A stretch of DNA of 40,000 nt, from NCBI RefSeq assembly GCF_001750285.1, contig NZ_MAMP01000012.1:353751-393750 (forward strand). Reading direction: 5' to 3'. Below the pieces are notes generated by a model that saw only the letters and a program-made list of their open reading frames with translations, was not told the DNA's origin and made no database searches. Origin of the DNA: Domibacillus iocasae. Its GTDB lineage: Bacteria; Bacillota; Bacilli; Bacillales; Domibacillaceae. Within the stretch, counting starts at the first letter, position 1. Every line of letters starts with the position of its first letter. Shown piece by piece: positions 17,743 to 27,550 of the stretch. The translations under genes were made by a program, and so were the position numbers.

Positions 17743-18071
17743 TCTCCTGCTTCTTGTAACTGGAGAATAAGCGCAACGCGCTCATCCTCATTGTTTGTGC
17801 CTTCTACCTCGCCGCCAAGCTCAATAATGAGGTCTTTCTGTTCTTCTGCGCTGAGCTTTTTAAGAGAGGTTTTTGTATGCTTCTCACCAGATGGCGGGGT
17901 ATTACCAGGAACCCCCTCATCTGTAGCTGACTCTACTAATTCAAAATAGCCCGTTTCCATAATTTCGTCGGCTTCTTTTTGCGTGTTGGCCATAACAAAA
18001 GGATTGCGAGCATCTGCACTCACAATCCCGCTATACGACAACGTATTTTTCAGCTTTAACTTATACGCCAT
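17739..18071 (-). CDS. YqbF-like protein with a C-terminal HeH/SAP-like motif
   Basis: 110 aa directly after the capsid gene. The C-terminus KKLSAEEQKDLIIELGGEVEG...RVALILQL resembles a Rho-N/HeH motif. Confidence 0.5.
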   Translation of the reverse strand: MAYKLKLKNTLSYSGIVSADARNPFVMANTQKEADEIMETGYFELVESATDEGVPGNTPPSGEKHTKTSLKKLSAEEQKDLIIELGGEVEGTNNEDERVALILQLQEAGE

Positions 18072-18086
18072 TATTTGCCCTCCTTA

Positions 18087-19007
18087 TTAGGCTAATCCTT
18101 TGATAAGGACCGCCGCGTCTTTTTCCTCAATGACCGGATCGAAATCCAAATGCACGACGTAGAAACGCTTGTCCTGCATAATGGCATCTTTGCCTTCAGT
18201 CGTTTTACGAATCTTTACATCATAAGAGTTCACGACGATTAGGTTCTTTGGATTCACCAACATAATCTGATCTGCTGGCATTCTCGGAACCGCAACAGAC
18301 GGAATGCTTGCTGGTGCATTCAGAATGGATTCAGACAAGCCGCCGCCGTTTTGAATGCTTTGGTTAAGCAAATAACGCTCCCACTTTTGTTTCATGGAAG
18401 GAGCCATCAACCAGCGCAATGTACCGTTATTATATTTATCTGGCATTTGAGACAGTGCATCATAAAAGACATTAAGTGAAATAGCACCGGCGTCTTTTGC
18501 GGCACGGTCCTCCACATGAGAGTCTGCCCCTAACTGTTTCAACCATCCGTTATTGATTTTCAAGAAATCATAATCTACATCGGTATTTAGCGTCGCTTCA
18601 TCACCATTTAAGTAAAGGTCTTCAAGATCAACGCCTAGCTGCTGCGTCATAAGGCTAGTCACTGTATCTTCAAAGCTCTGTCCCTCGATGTTTTCACGAA
18701 GAGACTCTTCTGTGATTTCCCAAGGAAGACGGACAGCTGTAGTTGCATACTCTACCTTGCTGAATTTTACTTCCTGGCGGTTTCCGTCATCGGTATTTTC
18801 CGTCTTTTTACGAAGAATACGTGAATCGATGCCGATTTTGTCAATTTCACCTGTCTTTGCTGTCCGCATCTCTGTGCGGATAAGTCCGCCAAGCACCGTT
18901 GCTTCAAATGTCTGCTGAACAAATTTTTTCGACTGCTCCGGATTCAGTAATCCGGATGTAACTGTGCCCGTTGTAATCGTATTTTTCATAATTGTTTGGT
19001 TATCCAT
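18087..19007 (-). CDS. Major capsid protein (XkdG/YqbE-like)
   Basis: 306 aa directly after the scaffold/protease gene. A strong RBS is present, and size and synteny fit. Confidence 0.8.
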   Translation of the reverse strand: MDNQTIMKNTITTGTVTSGLLNPEQSKKFVQQTFEATVLGGLIRTEMRTAKTGEIDKIGIDSRILRKKTENTDDGNRQEVKFSKVEYATTAVRLPWEITEESLRENIEGQSFEDTVTSLMTQQLGVDLEDLYLNGDEATLNTDVDYDFLKINNGWLKQLGADSHVEDRAAKDAGAISLNVFYDALSQMPDKYNNGTLRWLMAPSMKQKWERYLLNQSIQNGGGLSESILNAPASIPSVAVPRMPADQIMLVNPKNLIVVNSYDVKIRKTTEGKDAIMQDKRFYVVHLDFDPVIEEKDAAVLIKGLA

Positions 19008-19022
19008 TAAATGTTCCTCCTT

Positions 19023-20204
19023 TTATAGAACGCCGTTAAGATAATGTTTTTGAACCGACTCTTCTTTTGGATCTTCCTGCGCCTGTTTTGTAATACTGCG
19101 TGTTTTTTCAATAGCGTCTAAGCGGCTGGTGATTGGCTCCAGGCTTTTTGTTAATGCTTCGGTTACCTGCTTAGCCACCTCTTCTTCACCTGATTGATCA
19201 ACAGCTGTTCCTTCTTCTTTTTCAAGATCAGCAAGCTTTTTACTGATTGGAGACAGTGCATCATTAATCATTTTTTGAATGTCTTCTGCTTTCATTTCGT
19301 CTTCCTCCTCTTCCACTTCTGCTTTCAGCTCATTGAGTGCATCAAAAGCGGCATTAATTTTGTTCATGCGGGCAGCGGAAATCTTTTTGCCGGCTTTCTG
19401 GATTGTTGCTGGCTTTGATTCCATAGCTTTTGCAATATCACCGGTAGTCTGAATCTCTTGAACAATTTCAAAAAACTCCTGTGTAGCTTCAATCAAGCGC
19501 TGGAAATCAGTAGCCTCCGGTGTACGGTTATCCCATAACGCACTATAATAAGCGCTGTCCAATCCGTCCCAAGCCGCCCAAAGGTTACGGCGTTGCTGAT
19601 TTTGCTCGTAATTATCACGAACTTCACCTTTTTGAATAGCGGTACCGCCCGTAAAGAAGTTTTTGAGCAAATTAAAAAGCCCCGCTTCCTGGTTATTTGA
19701 AGGAGCGACAGGCTCTGCAGCATTCTTTTCAATTGTTTCAGCGGTACCGGCCATAGAGTAGCCAGTGATTTCGCCTTTTTGAATCTCTTCCCATATTTCA
19801 TCAGATGCTTTTGTGACCATGATCCAGGAGCCCTTTGTAATTTCCTGCTCTCCAAGTGTAAAGTCTGCAGGTGCGATATACGATTCTACCACTTCACCCA
19901 CGCCACCTTCGAAATCATGCTGCTTGTCGATGTTTCGGGCATCCTTCATAAAGCCATGAGCGGCTTTTTCGATTTCCTCAGCAGTCATAAAATCTCCGTG
20001 AGCATCTTCCATATTGGGCTCGTAAACAAGGCCGTAAACGAGCTGCTGGGCGGCTTCCTCTTTATTGATAAAGACCTTTACTTCTTTTTGAAATGTTGGT
20101 TCCGATCGATGGGCGGACTTTGTGAAGAAAAACTGCTTTTGATTAGCGGCTTTGTCCACGTATGAAACATGTGTAATTTGTGCATTAACTAATTGTCGTG
20201 TCAT
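19023..20204 (-). CDS. XkdF-like prohead protease/scaffold protein
   Basis: ITHVSYVDKAANQKQFFFTKS and VYEPNMEDAHGDFMTAEEIEKAAHGFMK are XkdF-domain motifs, and the C-terminus is a coiled-coil scaffold. ATG 20204 follows AAGGAGGTG by 9 nt. The track GTG at 20216 lies inside the RBS. Confidence 0.8.
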   Translation of the reverse strand: MTRQLVNAQITHVSYVDKAANQKQFFFTKSAHRSEPTFQKEVKVFINKEEAAQQLVYGLVYEPNMEDAHGDFMTAEEIEKAAHGFMKDARNIDKQHDFEGGVGEVVESYIAPADFTLGEQEITKGSWIMVTKASDEIWEEIQKGEITGYSMAGTAETIEKNAAEPVAPSNNQEAGLFNLLKNFFTGGTAIQKGEVRDNYEQNQQRRNLWAAWDGLDSAYYSALWDNRTPEATDFQRLIEATQEFFEIVQEIQTTGDIAKAMESKPATIQKAGKKISAARMNKINAAFDALNELKAEVEEEEDEMKAEDIQKMINDALSPISKKLADLEKEEGTAVDQSGEEEVAKQVTEALTKSLEPITSRLDAIEKTRSITKQAQEDPKEESVQKHYLNGVL

Positions 20205-20311
20205 TTTAATGTTCACCTCCTTTCACTACTAAGTATATTCTTAGAAGATCCTTCTGAATTACCACCTAAACACTTCTTCATTAAATAAGATAAATTTAGT
20301 TTTACGCATAC

Positions 20312-20336
20312 AAAAAAAGCCGGTTTTTTTCCGGCC
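20312..20336 (-). terminator. Strong intrinsic terminator after the diguanylate cyclase gene
   Basis: On the minus strand: GGCCGG-AAAAAAA-CCGGCT followed by TTTTTTT. Confidence 0.8.
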
Positions 20337-20379
20337 TTTCTGTATGTATAGTTCCGTTAACACTACTAATATGAAATTC

Positions 20380-21933
20380 CTATTGATCACTTGCGATAAT
20401 TGTTTTGTTTCTTCCTTCTTGTTTTGCCCTGTACAATGCTTGGTCAGTCATATTTAATAACTCTTCAAAATGAATTGTCATCGTTGACGTGTTTCCAATT
20501 CCAATTGAGAGGGTAACCGGCTTACCTGTAGGACTATTCGTTGTTTCCAATGATTTTCGAATTTTTTCCGCTACCATTTGGGCAGTTTCCAAGCCCGTGT
20601 CAGGAAGAATAATCAAAAATTCTTCGCCGCCTATACGGAAACACAAATCAATCTCTCTGGTTTCTGTCTTAACCATGTCGGCAACATATTTTAGTACTTC
20701 ATCTCCTAGTATGTGTCCGTATTGATCATTTATTTTCTTAAAATGGTCAATATCAAATAAAATGATTGAGTAGATATCTAAATCTTTAATAGTCTTTTCT
20801 AAGTAACGACGATTAAAATAACCTGTTAATGGATCAATATTTGATTCATTCTCAGCATAGTTGGCTCTTTTCTCATAAAAATCAAAAGCTATTAATACAG
20901 CCCGCTTTAATTCCTTTAATTCAAAATACCAATCAGGGATATGCGGTTTAGTTATCACCTTATTTTCTGTAATTTGTTGTGCGTAAGCGGCTAAGTCTCT
21001 TATAGGCTTCACAAATTTGCGTAATAAGATATAAGTTATTATATATACCAGCGTAATAAATGGAAGAGTACTTACACTTACTTGTTTTGTCAATTCAATA
21101 GTTGGTTTCAATACAGCTTCTTTAGGTGTTTGAGATACGATTCCCCAGTGACCTACTGATGAGTTGGAAGAGGCATAGCCTGCTAACATTGTTATTCCTT
21201 TTGAATTAACAATCTCTTGACTTCCATCCTTCCCCTGTAAAACTTTTTTAATAACCTCATTATCTTTTACGTTCTCTCTAATTCTACTAGAATCGGGATG
21301 ATAAATAAGATTTCCTTTAGAGTCAACTACATATACATATGAACCGCTTTCATGCTGTGGATGTTCGCCAAGTATATTGGAAAGACTGTTATTCTCGTCT
21401 AAATTGATTGATCCTCCAAGAAATCCTGTATAATTACCATTGGCATCATAAACCGGAAAAGAAATGAGCATTATGAGATGACCATTAAGGCCCACATAAG
21501 GTTCAGATATTAAAGGCACTTTTTTTCTTAACGCTTCCCTTGCGCCAATTGTATTCGTCTTTCGCCCCTTCAAATCCGTATGCGGTGCTGCTGAAACAAC
21601 CTGGCCTGTTTTATCTACAAACCAAGTTGCGTTAAAAAAAGAAGTGGCTGCTAACATGGTATTTAATTTATGTTGTATAGTTTCAGGATCTTTCGTTAAG
21701 AATTCATCTTCTTGTGATTCTATACGGAGATTTTTTACCATGTCTTTAAAAAGGGAATCCGTTGTATCAGCGAGCTTTTGAGCATAAAATTGATTATCTA
21801 CTAAATAGTTGTTCTCCAGGTTACTTTTACTTACTAAAATACTAGAAGCCGAACTCCCAATGAAAGTGCCTAAAACTGCAAAAGTCAACAACGTTAATGA
21901 CAGAATATTTATGTTAAGTTTAATAGATTTCAT
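20380..21933 (-). CDS. Membrane-bound sensor diguanylate cyclase (TM - double-Cache-like ectodomain - TM - GGDEF)
   Basis: 517 aa. An N-terminal TM (LSLTLLTFAVLGTFIG) is followed by about 250 aa with a Cache-like pattern, then a second TM (LPFITLVYIITYILL). The C-terminus reads DPLTGYFNRRYL...FDIDHFKKINDQYGH..GDEVLK...REIDLCFRIGGEEFLIIL...ALYRAKQEGRN. The GGEEF A-site is intact and RxxD lies 5 aa upstream. The gene is AT-rich. Confidence 0.85.
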   Translation of the reverse strand: MKSIKLNINILSLTLLTFAVLGTFIGSSASSILVSKSNLENNYLVDNQFYAQKLADTTDSLFKDMVKNLRIESQEDEFLTKDPETIQHKLNTMLAATSFFNATWFVDKTGQVVSAAPHTDLKGRKTNTIGAREALRKKVPLISEPYVGLNGHLIMLISFPVYDANGNYTGFLGGSINLDENNSLSNILGEHPQHESGSYVYVVDSKGNLIYHPDSSRIRENVKDNEVIKKVLQGKDGSQEIVNSKGITMLAGYASSNSSVGHWGIVSQTPKEAVLKPTIELTKQVSVSTLPFITLVYIITYILLRKFVKPIRDLAAYAQQITENKVITKPHIPDWYFELKELKRAVLIAFDFYEKRANYAENESNIDPLTGYFNRRYLEKTIKDLDIYSIILFDIDHFKKINDQYGHILGDEVLKYVADMVKTETREIDLCFRIGGEEFLIILPDTGLETAQMVAEKIRKSLETTNSPTGKPVTLSIGIGNTSTMTIHFEELLNMTDQALYRAKQEGRNKTIIASDQ

Positions 21934-21942
21934 AATAAACTT

Positions 21943-21972
21943 AGTATATATAATTAAATTGTTTCACTGCAA
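21943..21972 (-). promoter_or_regulatory. Candidate promoter of the cyclase gene, implying a near-leaderless mRNA
   Basis: On the minus strand: TTGCAG (21972-21967), 18 nt, TATACT (21948-21943). Only 9 nt separate the -10 from the ATG, and no Shine-Dalgarno is visible. Confidence 0.3.
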
Positions 21973-22018
21973 TTGCATTTTGGTTTTATCAGGTACTTTT
22001 TTCTTTCTAAACTTTAAT

Positions 22019-22924
22019 TTATTTTAATTTTTCCAGTACCTTCTTCCTTAGCTCCTCTTTCTCTTCCTTGCTCAGCCCCATGATGTCTTTATTCACCACA
22101 GGCGAAAGCACACAATGGCAATTTACCCGCTCGCCTGCAGGTAAAGAAGTGTCACGGGGATGATCGGCTGCATGGCCGTTCACATCAAATGTTTCATCAA
22201 CGGCAACTTCTTCACCGTCCAGATCCACATGCGCTTCACGTGGATTATTTTTCTTGCTGCCTGAATGCCGCCAACGCTTCTTTTCGACTGCTGGGCTTTG
22301 CCGGTATGATTCCGCCTGCGCAACAGAAGAGGCAGTCAGTATTTCGGTAATAGCGGTTGTACGTGCTCGCTTTCGGTCAAACTGCGGCAGATCCTTTATA
22401 GCCAGCTCGGCGTCCTGGATGGAGCCGCCTTCTTTAATGACCTTTTTTAATTCTCTCTCCAATGCATCATGAGAGTTGAGCTTCATCAGCTTGCCTAAAT
22501 CAGCAGACCATTCTTCAATCCAGGTAACGGATCGGTTAGACAGGACTTCAAAAGGTACATCCTTATCAATAGAATCCATTAGTTCAGCGGCTAGTCCTGC
22601 CACTGTCAGTTGCAGAAACGATGATGTTTCCTCTTGCATCTCTTCCGCAAATTCATCCGCAGCAAAAAGGTTGCTGGTGATGTAAATAAGGAGCGCTTCG
22701 AGTGTAATATCCTTGCTGACGAATGATTTTACGCCATCAACAAAATGCTTCCGCTGTTTGCGCAGAAGCTTGGCCACTTTCTTTTCATAATCTTCAACAA
22801 AGCCTGGTATCTGATCCAATCCAGGGAAATCCGGTACTAGATCCGTCAGCTTTTCCTCGTCTTCTTCATCCACTTTGGCAATATAGTCATTCAAGCTTTT
22901 TAAAAGCTTTTCTGCCTTGCTCAT
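22019..22924 (-). CDS. Minor head morphogenesis protein (SPP1 gp7 / Mu F family)
   Basis: The C-terminal sequence RWRHSGSKKNNPREAHVDLDGEEV...PGERVNCHCVLSP is the Phage_Mu_F signature. The gene follows the portal gene. Confidence 0.85.
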   Translation of the reverse strand: MSKAEKLLKSLNDYIAKVDEEDEEKLTDLVPDFPGLDQIPGFVEDYEKKVAKLLRKQRKHFVDGVKSFVSKDITLEALLIYITSNLFAADEFAEEMQEETSSFLQLTVAGLAAELMDSIDKDVPFEVLSNRSVTWIEEWSADLGKLMKLNSHDALERELKKVIKEGGSIQDAELAIKDLPQFDRKRARTTAITEILTASSVAQAESYRQSPAVEKKRWRHSGSKKNNPREAHVDLDGEEVAVDETFDVNGHAADHPRDTSLPAGERVNCHCVLSPVVNKDIMGLSKEEKEELRKKVLEKLK

Positions 22925-24459
22925 GACTGCATCGCCTCGAGCACATCACGCATATCTTTCATAATGTTCAGCAGATCCGTGTTCGGTTCCGCTTGGGATT
23001 TTAATAAAGAGATCAGCGGGTTTGCCTGCTGACCTTGCTGCAAGTTATTTAATACGATTTGGAAAGGTACGTTATATTCATCAGGGAGCGCTTCAAGGTC
23101 TTTACCTAGCAATTGTCCTAGCAGGTCCCTCAAATCGTTAGGAGCGACTCCTCCTGCGCTTGCAAGTGGCGCTATCGCTTGCGCTGTTTCAATCGGATCA
23201 CTAAAGTTTGGTCCGTTTAATGATGCTTCCACATTGTAAATCTCTAAATCAGAAAGAAAAAGCGTGTTTAGCTTGCCAGTAATGGCTTGCCGCTCTGGTT
23301 CAAAGACCTGCTCTTCTGTAATTTTACGAGCAGTATCTGCAGTTGCCTTGTTATAATCCTTCGATTCACCTGTGTAAATCGGCGGCAGACGAAACGATGA
23401 GCGAAGTTTATCGCGGCTTTTCTCGTCATATTCCAGAAAAAGAGCATCTTGCTGCAGAATTTCAGCCAAGGATTTGATTTGTACTTTAACCGGTGCCGTC
23501 TTTTCCTCCCCAGTATCCTCTTCACTGGTAATGCCCTCAGCTTCTAGGATTAGAAACTTGTGCGCGTTCTCAACACCTTCAATACCGTTCATGTATTCCT
23601 GCAAATTGGTATAAGCTTCCTCAGTCAACATCCCATTCTCAACAGTAATAGCAGCCGGAACATGCCTGCCCTGCTTGAAATACATATAGTTCAGCTCTTC
23701 CGCTTTCCGGGCACCATATTGATGGATGATATGCCCTACCCACCTTGGAATTCCATAGGTTCCGGAACCCAGCTTGAAATGAATGATTTCTGTTGCCAAG
23801 AGATTCTCAGGTGTACTTTCATCAAATTTTCCTGTCGTAAGGTTCATCGGCCGCGGATCTCCGTACTCCTTAAAGTACACTTTTTTGCCGTTGATCATTT
23901 GCACATATTTTCGGAACGTACGCCACCGTTTGATTGTCTTAAGCTGGCCGTTTTCCGTAATGGTATAATCCACTTCTTCCGGTACGGTCCGCTTGCATAC
24001 ACGAATATATTGACCATCCACATATTCAATTCCAGCCGGGCGGTTCAACGAATCACGCAAAGCCTCAATATATCCATTCCCCATTTTTTCACGGTCTTCA
24101 AGAGCATAGCCCAGAATCGTTTCCGCTTCCTCGTCATAATTCAGATACCGAATAAATTCTTCAAGGCGGGTCCACTCTTCATCGGCTTTAGTTTTCAAAT
24201 CATCCTTTGTGTCTTTTGAATTGTAGTCAAAACGGTATTTCGGTACCAGACCAAAGCCTAGAATATTCACGCGGTACGCTTCCACACATTGCTGCAGGAT
24301 GGTAGAATACTCCCCAATCAACTTAAGCTCTTTTAGGTTGTATGGCGGCTCAATAATATCGCCATCGTATGACGCTTTAAATGGGTCATCATAAATTTGT
24401 TTCGTAGTTGAAGCAGTTTGCGATTTAATAACCGTTGCTTTCATTTTGCGCTCTCCCAT
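22921..24459 (-). CDS. Portal protein (PBSX/XkdE family)
   Basis: 512 aa directly after the large terminase gene. A GAGGAGG RBS is present. Confidence 0.85.
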   Translation of the reverse strand: MGERKMKATVIKSQTASTTKQIYDDPFKASYDGDIIEPPYNLKELKLIGEYSTILQQCVEAYRVNILGFGLVPKYRFDYNSKDTKDDLKTKADEEWTRLEEFIRYLNYDEEAETILGYALEDREKMGNGYIEALRDSLNRPAGIEYVDGQYIRVCKRTVPEEVDYTITENGQLKTIKRWRTFRKYVQMINGKKVYFKEYGDPRPMNLTTGKFDESTPENLLATEIIHFKLGSGTYGIPRWVGHIIHQYGARKAEELNYMYFKQGRHVPAAITVENGMLTEEAYTNLQEYMNGIEGVENAHKFLILEAEGITSEEDTGEEKTAPVKVQIKSLAEILQQDALFLEYDEKSRDKLRSSFRLPPIYTGESKDYNKATADTARKITEEQVFEPERQAITGKLNTLFLSDLEIYNVEASLNGPNFSDPIETAQAIAPLASAGGVAPNDLRDLLGQLLGKDLEALPDEYNVPFQIVLNNLQQGQQANPLISLLKSQAEPNTDLLNIMKDMRDVLEAMQS

Positions 24460-24462
24460 GAG

Positions 24463-25791
24463 TTACCTCCTCTCTCTAGTCGGTCTTTTTCGATTCGGCC
24501 GTTCCCTTTGTCTTTTCTCTTTCAAGTCCGCCACTTCGTAATTGTCCAGGCCATACCAGATAGCCGATAACGTATGCGGATCAATCTTGAATTCATCCTC
24601 AATGATGTTTCCATTCTTATCAACTGCATACGTTAAATCCTTCAATTCATAAATAGTATTGGTGCATTGACTAGAACAAATGATTTTTCTAAACCGCTTC
24701 ACCTTTTTCGTATATTGAAGCCGGGAGCCTTTATACTTCTTTGCGCCCATCATGTTGAAACCCAGCTGCCTAAAATATTTGATCGTTTTCGGTTCGGCGC
24801 TATCCGCTTTAATCAACTCTTTCGATTCAGCAAATTCCTTTATCGCCTCAGCTGTTTGATCATCGGTCATTCCATTCTTATAAAATTCCCAATAGATGTA
24901 GAGAATCTTCTTTTCATGATCGACAGCTAGTCGAAGCAAAGCATTGTAAGAATTGACGAAACCGAAATCCATGCCAGCCCTCATAAGCGGCTTATTTATG
25001 TTCTCGATCGCAGCCATCACTTCTTCATGCGGCTTTATCGCGAATTGCAGCAGCACCTTCACGCCGTTCACACCAAATTGACCTTTCCTGGCAATGCGGT
25101 AAAGGTCTGGATCATATTCTTTCAGTTCATCCAATTGAGCGATATAACTTTCTGGCAAGAATAAATTGTCTTCAGCTGTTGAGTGGTGGTAGTACGTATC
25201 ATTTGTGACTAATGTTCTCTTTTCGTATAATTCAGCATCGTCCAGTATGAGACGCTTATTCATATCATCACGAAAAAAATGTTTAAAGGACCAGTTATCT
25301 TCCCCAACCGGGTTAGTGGAAAGAATCATGTGCAGCTTCAAAGTTGGATGCCTGAGCCGGCCAAGTAATTCTTTAAACCCTGCATACTTTACTTCTGAAC
25401 ACTCTTCAATCCAAACAATAGAGATATTGTTAATCGATTTTAATTTTGCAGGCCGGTCCATACCTTTAAAGATGATCTTGCTTCCATTAGGAAAGCGGAT
25501 CTGCATAGGTGAAGTCATGCATTTAACATGATCATCAAGCCCTAAGTCAATCACCAGCTCCTCCAGCAAAGAAAAGGTGGAATCGCGGTGTGTATCGTAT
25601 ACTTCACGTACAACGAGAGCGGTACGCTTTTCTTCCAACATCTTTAAAATAATTTTTAAAGCTACGTGATAGCTCTTACTGCTGCCATATCCGCCGACAA
25701 GAAACTGAAATTTCGTTGACCACTCGAATAGGAAATCTTCAAAATGAGGATTAACTTCTTTTTCAACCATTTCAATCGCTAATTCACTCAT
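24463..25791 (-). CDS. terL: Terminase large subunit (PBSX XtmB / Terminase_3 type)
   Basis: 442 aa. Walker A-like VGGYGSSKS, and WIEECSEV as the Walker B/coupling motif. A nuclease-domain C-terminus is present. Confidence 0.9.
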   Translation of the reverse strand: MSELAIEMVEKEVNPHFEDFLFEWSTKFQFLVGGYGSSKSYHVALKIILKMLEEKRTALVVREVYDTHRDSTFSLLEELVIDLGLDDHVKCMTSPMQIRFPNGSKIIFKGMDRPAKLKSINNISIVWIEECSEVKYAGFKELLGRLRHPTLKLHMILSTNPVGEDNWSFKHFFRDDMNKRLILDDAELYEKRTLVTNDTYYHHSTAEDNLFLPESYIAQLDELKEYDPDLYRIARKGQFGVNGVKVLLQFAIKPHEEVMAAIENINKPLMRAGMDFGFVNSYNALLRLAVDHEKKILYIYWEFYKNGMTDDQTAEAIKEFAESKELIKADSAEPKTIKYFRQLGFNMMGAKKYKGSRLQYTKKVKRFRKIICSSQCTNTIYELKDLTYAVDKNGNIIEDEFKIDPHTLSAIWYGLDNYEVADLKEKRQRERPNRKRPTRERR

Positions 25792-26684
25792 GATGGATCA
25801 CCTTTTCGCTTAATCATGATTTGAATTGGACGATCTGATTTATCATCTGATAGCTTTTTGATCTCCACTTTTGATTTTTCAATCTCAATTTTTAGTTTCT
25901 CCTGCTGCAGCTGCTTTTGCTCCTTCTCAGAAAGAAGATCAAAGTATTTCGTCAGCATATCCAGCGCCTTCATTCTGTCAGCCAGCTTCACCACAACACC
26001 GTCGCGGCCCTGCCGGATTTCGCTGACAATCGTTCCGTCAATTTCATCGCTGTTTTTGAAGAACATTTCATTGTAGGATTCAACGCGCGGTACCATTTCT
26101 TTCACTTCGCCGTCTTCGTTAAGAAGCGTATCGTATTTGCCTGTATGAATGTCTTTTCTCTGGAACGTAACATAATCAGTAATGTCTGCAAAAGCGATTT
26201 TAACGTAATAATCGATCACGTCTCTGGCGTTAATAAAAAGCTCTTCCTGCAGTCCTGCTTTTAGCTCACGAATATACTCCGCAACCTTAGCATTTCTTAG
26301 CAAGCGACTCCCTTCAACATGAGCCGATTCTTTTGCATATCCTGCTTTAATTGCAGCCATCGTTGCATTGAAGCTTTTTAGGTAGTGCATGCAGAAAAGC
26401 TCTTGTTTATCAGTCAATTCAGCGATTTCCGCTTCTTCAGCATCAGGCTCTTTTCTATTTGGAGCATGCGCTTTTTTGGTTCCCTTTTCATTTGGAGTAC
26501 TCCGTATTTTTTTATGGAGTACTCCATTCAATTTATCGTTCCATTTATCTTTGGACTTCCATCCGCTGATCGTTTTTTCTGGAACGCCTAATTGTTCAGC
26601 AAGAGCACGATTTGTTATTTCTCTATTATGCTGCTTCCATATTTCGAAAGCTTCATCCCGTTTCGGATCTCTCTGTCTGGCCAC
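25788..26684 (-). CDS. terS: Terminase small subunit (N-terminal HTH plus Terminase_2 domain)
   Basis: [21 protein letters not shown] is the [49 protein letters not shown] is the Terminase_2 motif. The gene overlaps terL by 4 nt. Confidence 0.85.
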   Translation of the reverse strand: MARQRDPKRDEAFEIWKQHNREITNRALAEQLGVPEKTISGWKSKDKWNDKLNGVLHKKIRSTPNEKGTKKAHAPNRKEPDAEEAEIAELTDKQELFCMHYLKSFNATMAAIKAGYAKESAHVEGSRLLRNAKVAEYIRELKAGLQEELFINARDVIDYYVKIAFADITDYVTFQRKDIHTGKYDTLLNEDGEVKEMVPRVESYNEMFFKNSDEIDGTIVSEIRQGRDGVVVKLADRMKALDMLTKYFDLLSEKEQKQLQQEKLKIEIEKSKVEIKKLSDDKSDRPIQIMIKRKGDPS

Positions 26685-26720
26685 GTCACATCACCACCAC
26701 CTCCGTGATTGTTTTTGAGC

Positions 26721-26749
26721 AAAGAAAAAAGCACCTCATAATTTGAGGT
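26721..26749 (-). terminator. Intrinsic terminator between a small cargo ORF and terS
   Basis: On the minus strand: ACCTCA-AATTA-TGAGGT followed by GCTTTTTTCTTTGC. Confidence 0.55.
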
Positions 26750-26767
26750 ACTCATTACCAAGTTTCT

Positions 26768-26974
26768 TTACCAAGGGGATCTATTGCTTATTTTAGCGGG
26801 TTTTGTAAAATGAATTGATGTAACATTCCCCATGTTCACCGCCTGATGGTCTTCGCTGGTATACCATTCTGAAGTAGTTAGCATTTTCAGAATCTCTCCC
26901 TCGTTTTCACCTTCAATTTCAAGCCTTTTATAATTTTCTTTATCAAACGTAAAAAGCACACTGTATTTAGCCAT
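26768..26974 (-). CDS. Hypothetical small protein (68 aa)
   Basis: ATG 26974 is preceded by AAAGGAGGTGGGGG. The longer track version (to 27139, TTG start) has no RBS. Confidence 0.5.
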   Translation of the reverse strand: MAKYSVLFTFDKENYKRLEIEGENEGEILKMLTTSEWYTSEDHQAVNMGNVTSIHFTKPAKISNRSPW

Positions 26975-27074
26975 TCCCCCACCTCCTTTTGCCTTACATT
27001 TCGACAAAAGGAGATAATTTCCTGCGTTCATCATATTCGTTTTAGTGATATGATTACCCAGGCGAGGTGACAAA

Positions 27075-27245
27075 ATGGAAACTGAACAGAAAATTGATTT
27101 AAATGTGACATACAACATTTTAGAATACCCGGACATCAAAAGCGGCCGTTGCGATAATTGCGATAACGCTCAATTTAAGAGCTCGATTAAAAATGCTATT
27201 TTTTTACGCGAGTGCCGTAAGTGTGGAATGAAGAAAATAATTTAA
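27075..27245 (+). CDS. Small zinc-ribbon protein (56 aa, CxxC...CxxC)
   Basis: METEQKIDLNVTYNILEYPDIKSGRCDNCDNAQFKSSIKNAIFLRECRKCGMKKII. A GAGGTG RBS is present, and a terminator follows directly. The ORF is below the track cutoff. Confidence 0.5.
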   Translation: METEQKIDLNVTYNILEYPDIKSGRCDNCDNAQFKSSIKNAIFLRECRKCGMKKII

Positions 27246-27275
27246 CCCCGCCAACTGGCAGGGGTTTTGTTTTTT
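27246..27275 (+). terminator. Intrinsic terminator
   Basis: CCCCGCC-AACT-GGCAGGGG followed by TTTTGTTTTTT. Confidence 0.6.
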
Positions 27276-27309
27276 AGCAAAGAAAAAAGCATCACAACGG
27301 GTGCCTTGC

Positions 27310-27468
27310 TTACAATTTCTTTTTCAAATCATCCACTGTCTTTTCCAGTCTATCTTTCGTATCTTTCCTGTTTTGATTATCGGCTAATTGATCAACTTTA
27401 GCATTTAACTTTTTTAGCTCTTCAAGAATTTCTCTTAGAACAGGACCATTCATTTCGGATATACCCAT
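27310..27468 (-). CDS. Small coiled-coil protein (52 aa)
   Basis: MGISEMNGPVLREILEELKKLNAKVDQLADNQNRKDTKDRLEKTVDDLKKKL. A GGGGGTGG RBS lies 5 nt upstream. The ORF is below the track cutoff. Confidence 0.45.
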   Translation of the reverse strand: MGISEMNGPVLREILEELKKLNAKVDQLADNQNRKDTKDRLEKTVDDLKKKL

Positions 27469-27550
27469 ATTTCCACCCCCTTTTTCCTAACATTTCTACA
27501 TTCATAGAGGAAAAACCTCTTTAATTAGCGAATATTGTAAGAAAAGGGGG

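Noticed and set aside
20224-20369. 9-bp direct repeat CACTACTAA at 20224-20232 and 20361-20369, flanking the terminator downstream of the cyclase gene. It could be a target-site duplication.
   Set aside because: A 9-mer recurring within about 160 nt of AT-rich spacer is only marginally unlikely by chance. No terminal inverted repeats or transposase support a mobile-element interpretation.
26768-27139. Longer ORF-track versions of several small genes (366-917, 2451-2738, 4176-4739, 6539-8008, 19023-20216, 26768-27139, 29076-29600, 32495-32800, 32742-33077, 34584-35567).
   Set aside because: In each case an internal start has a much better Shine-Dalgarno sequence, spacing or coupling to the upstream stop. 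The extension either overlaps the neighbouring gene or lies in a terminator or RBS.
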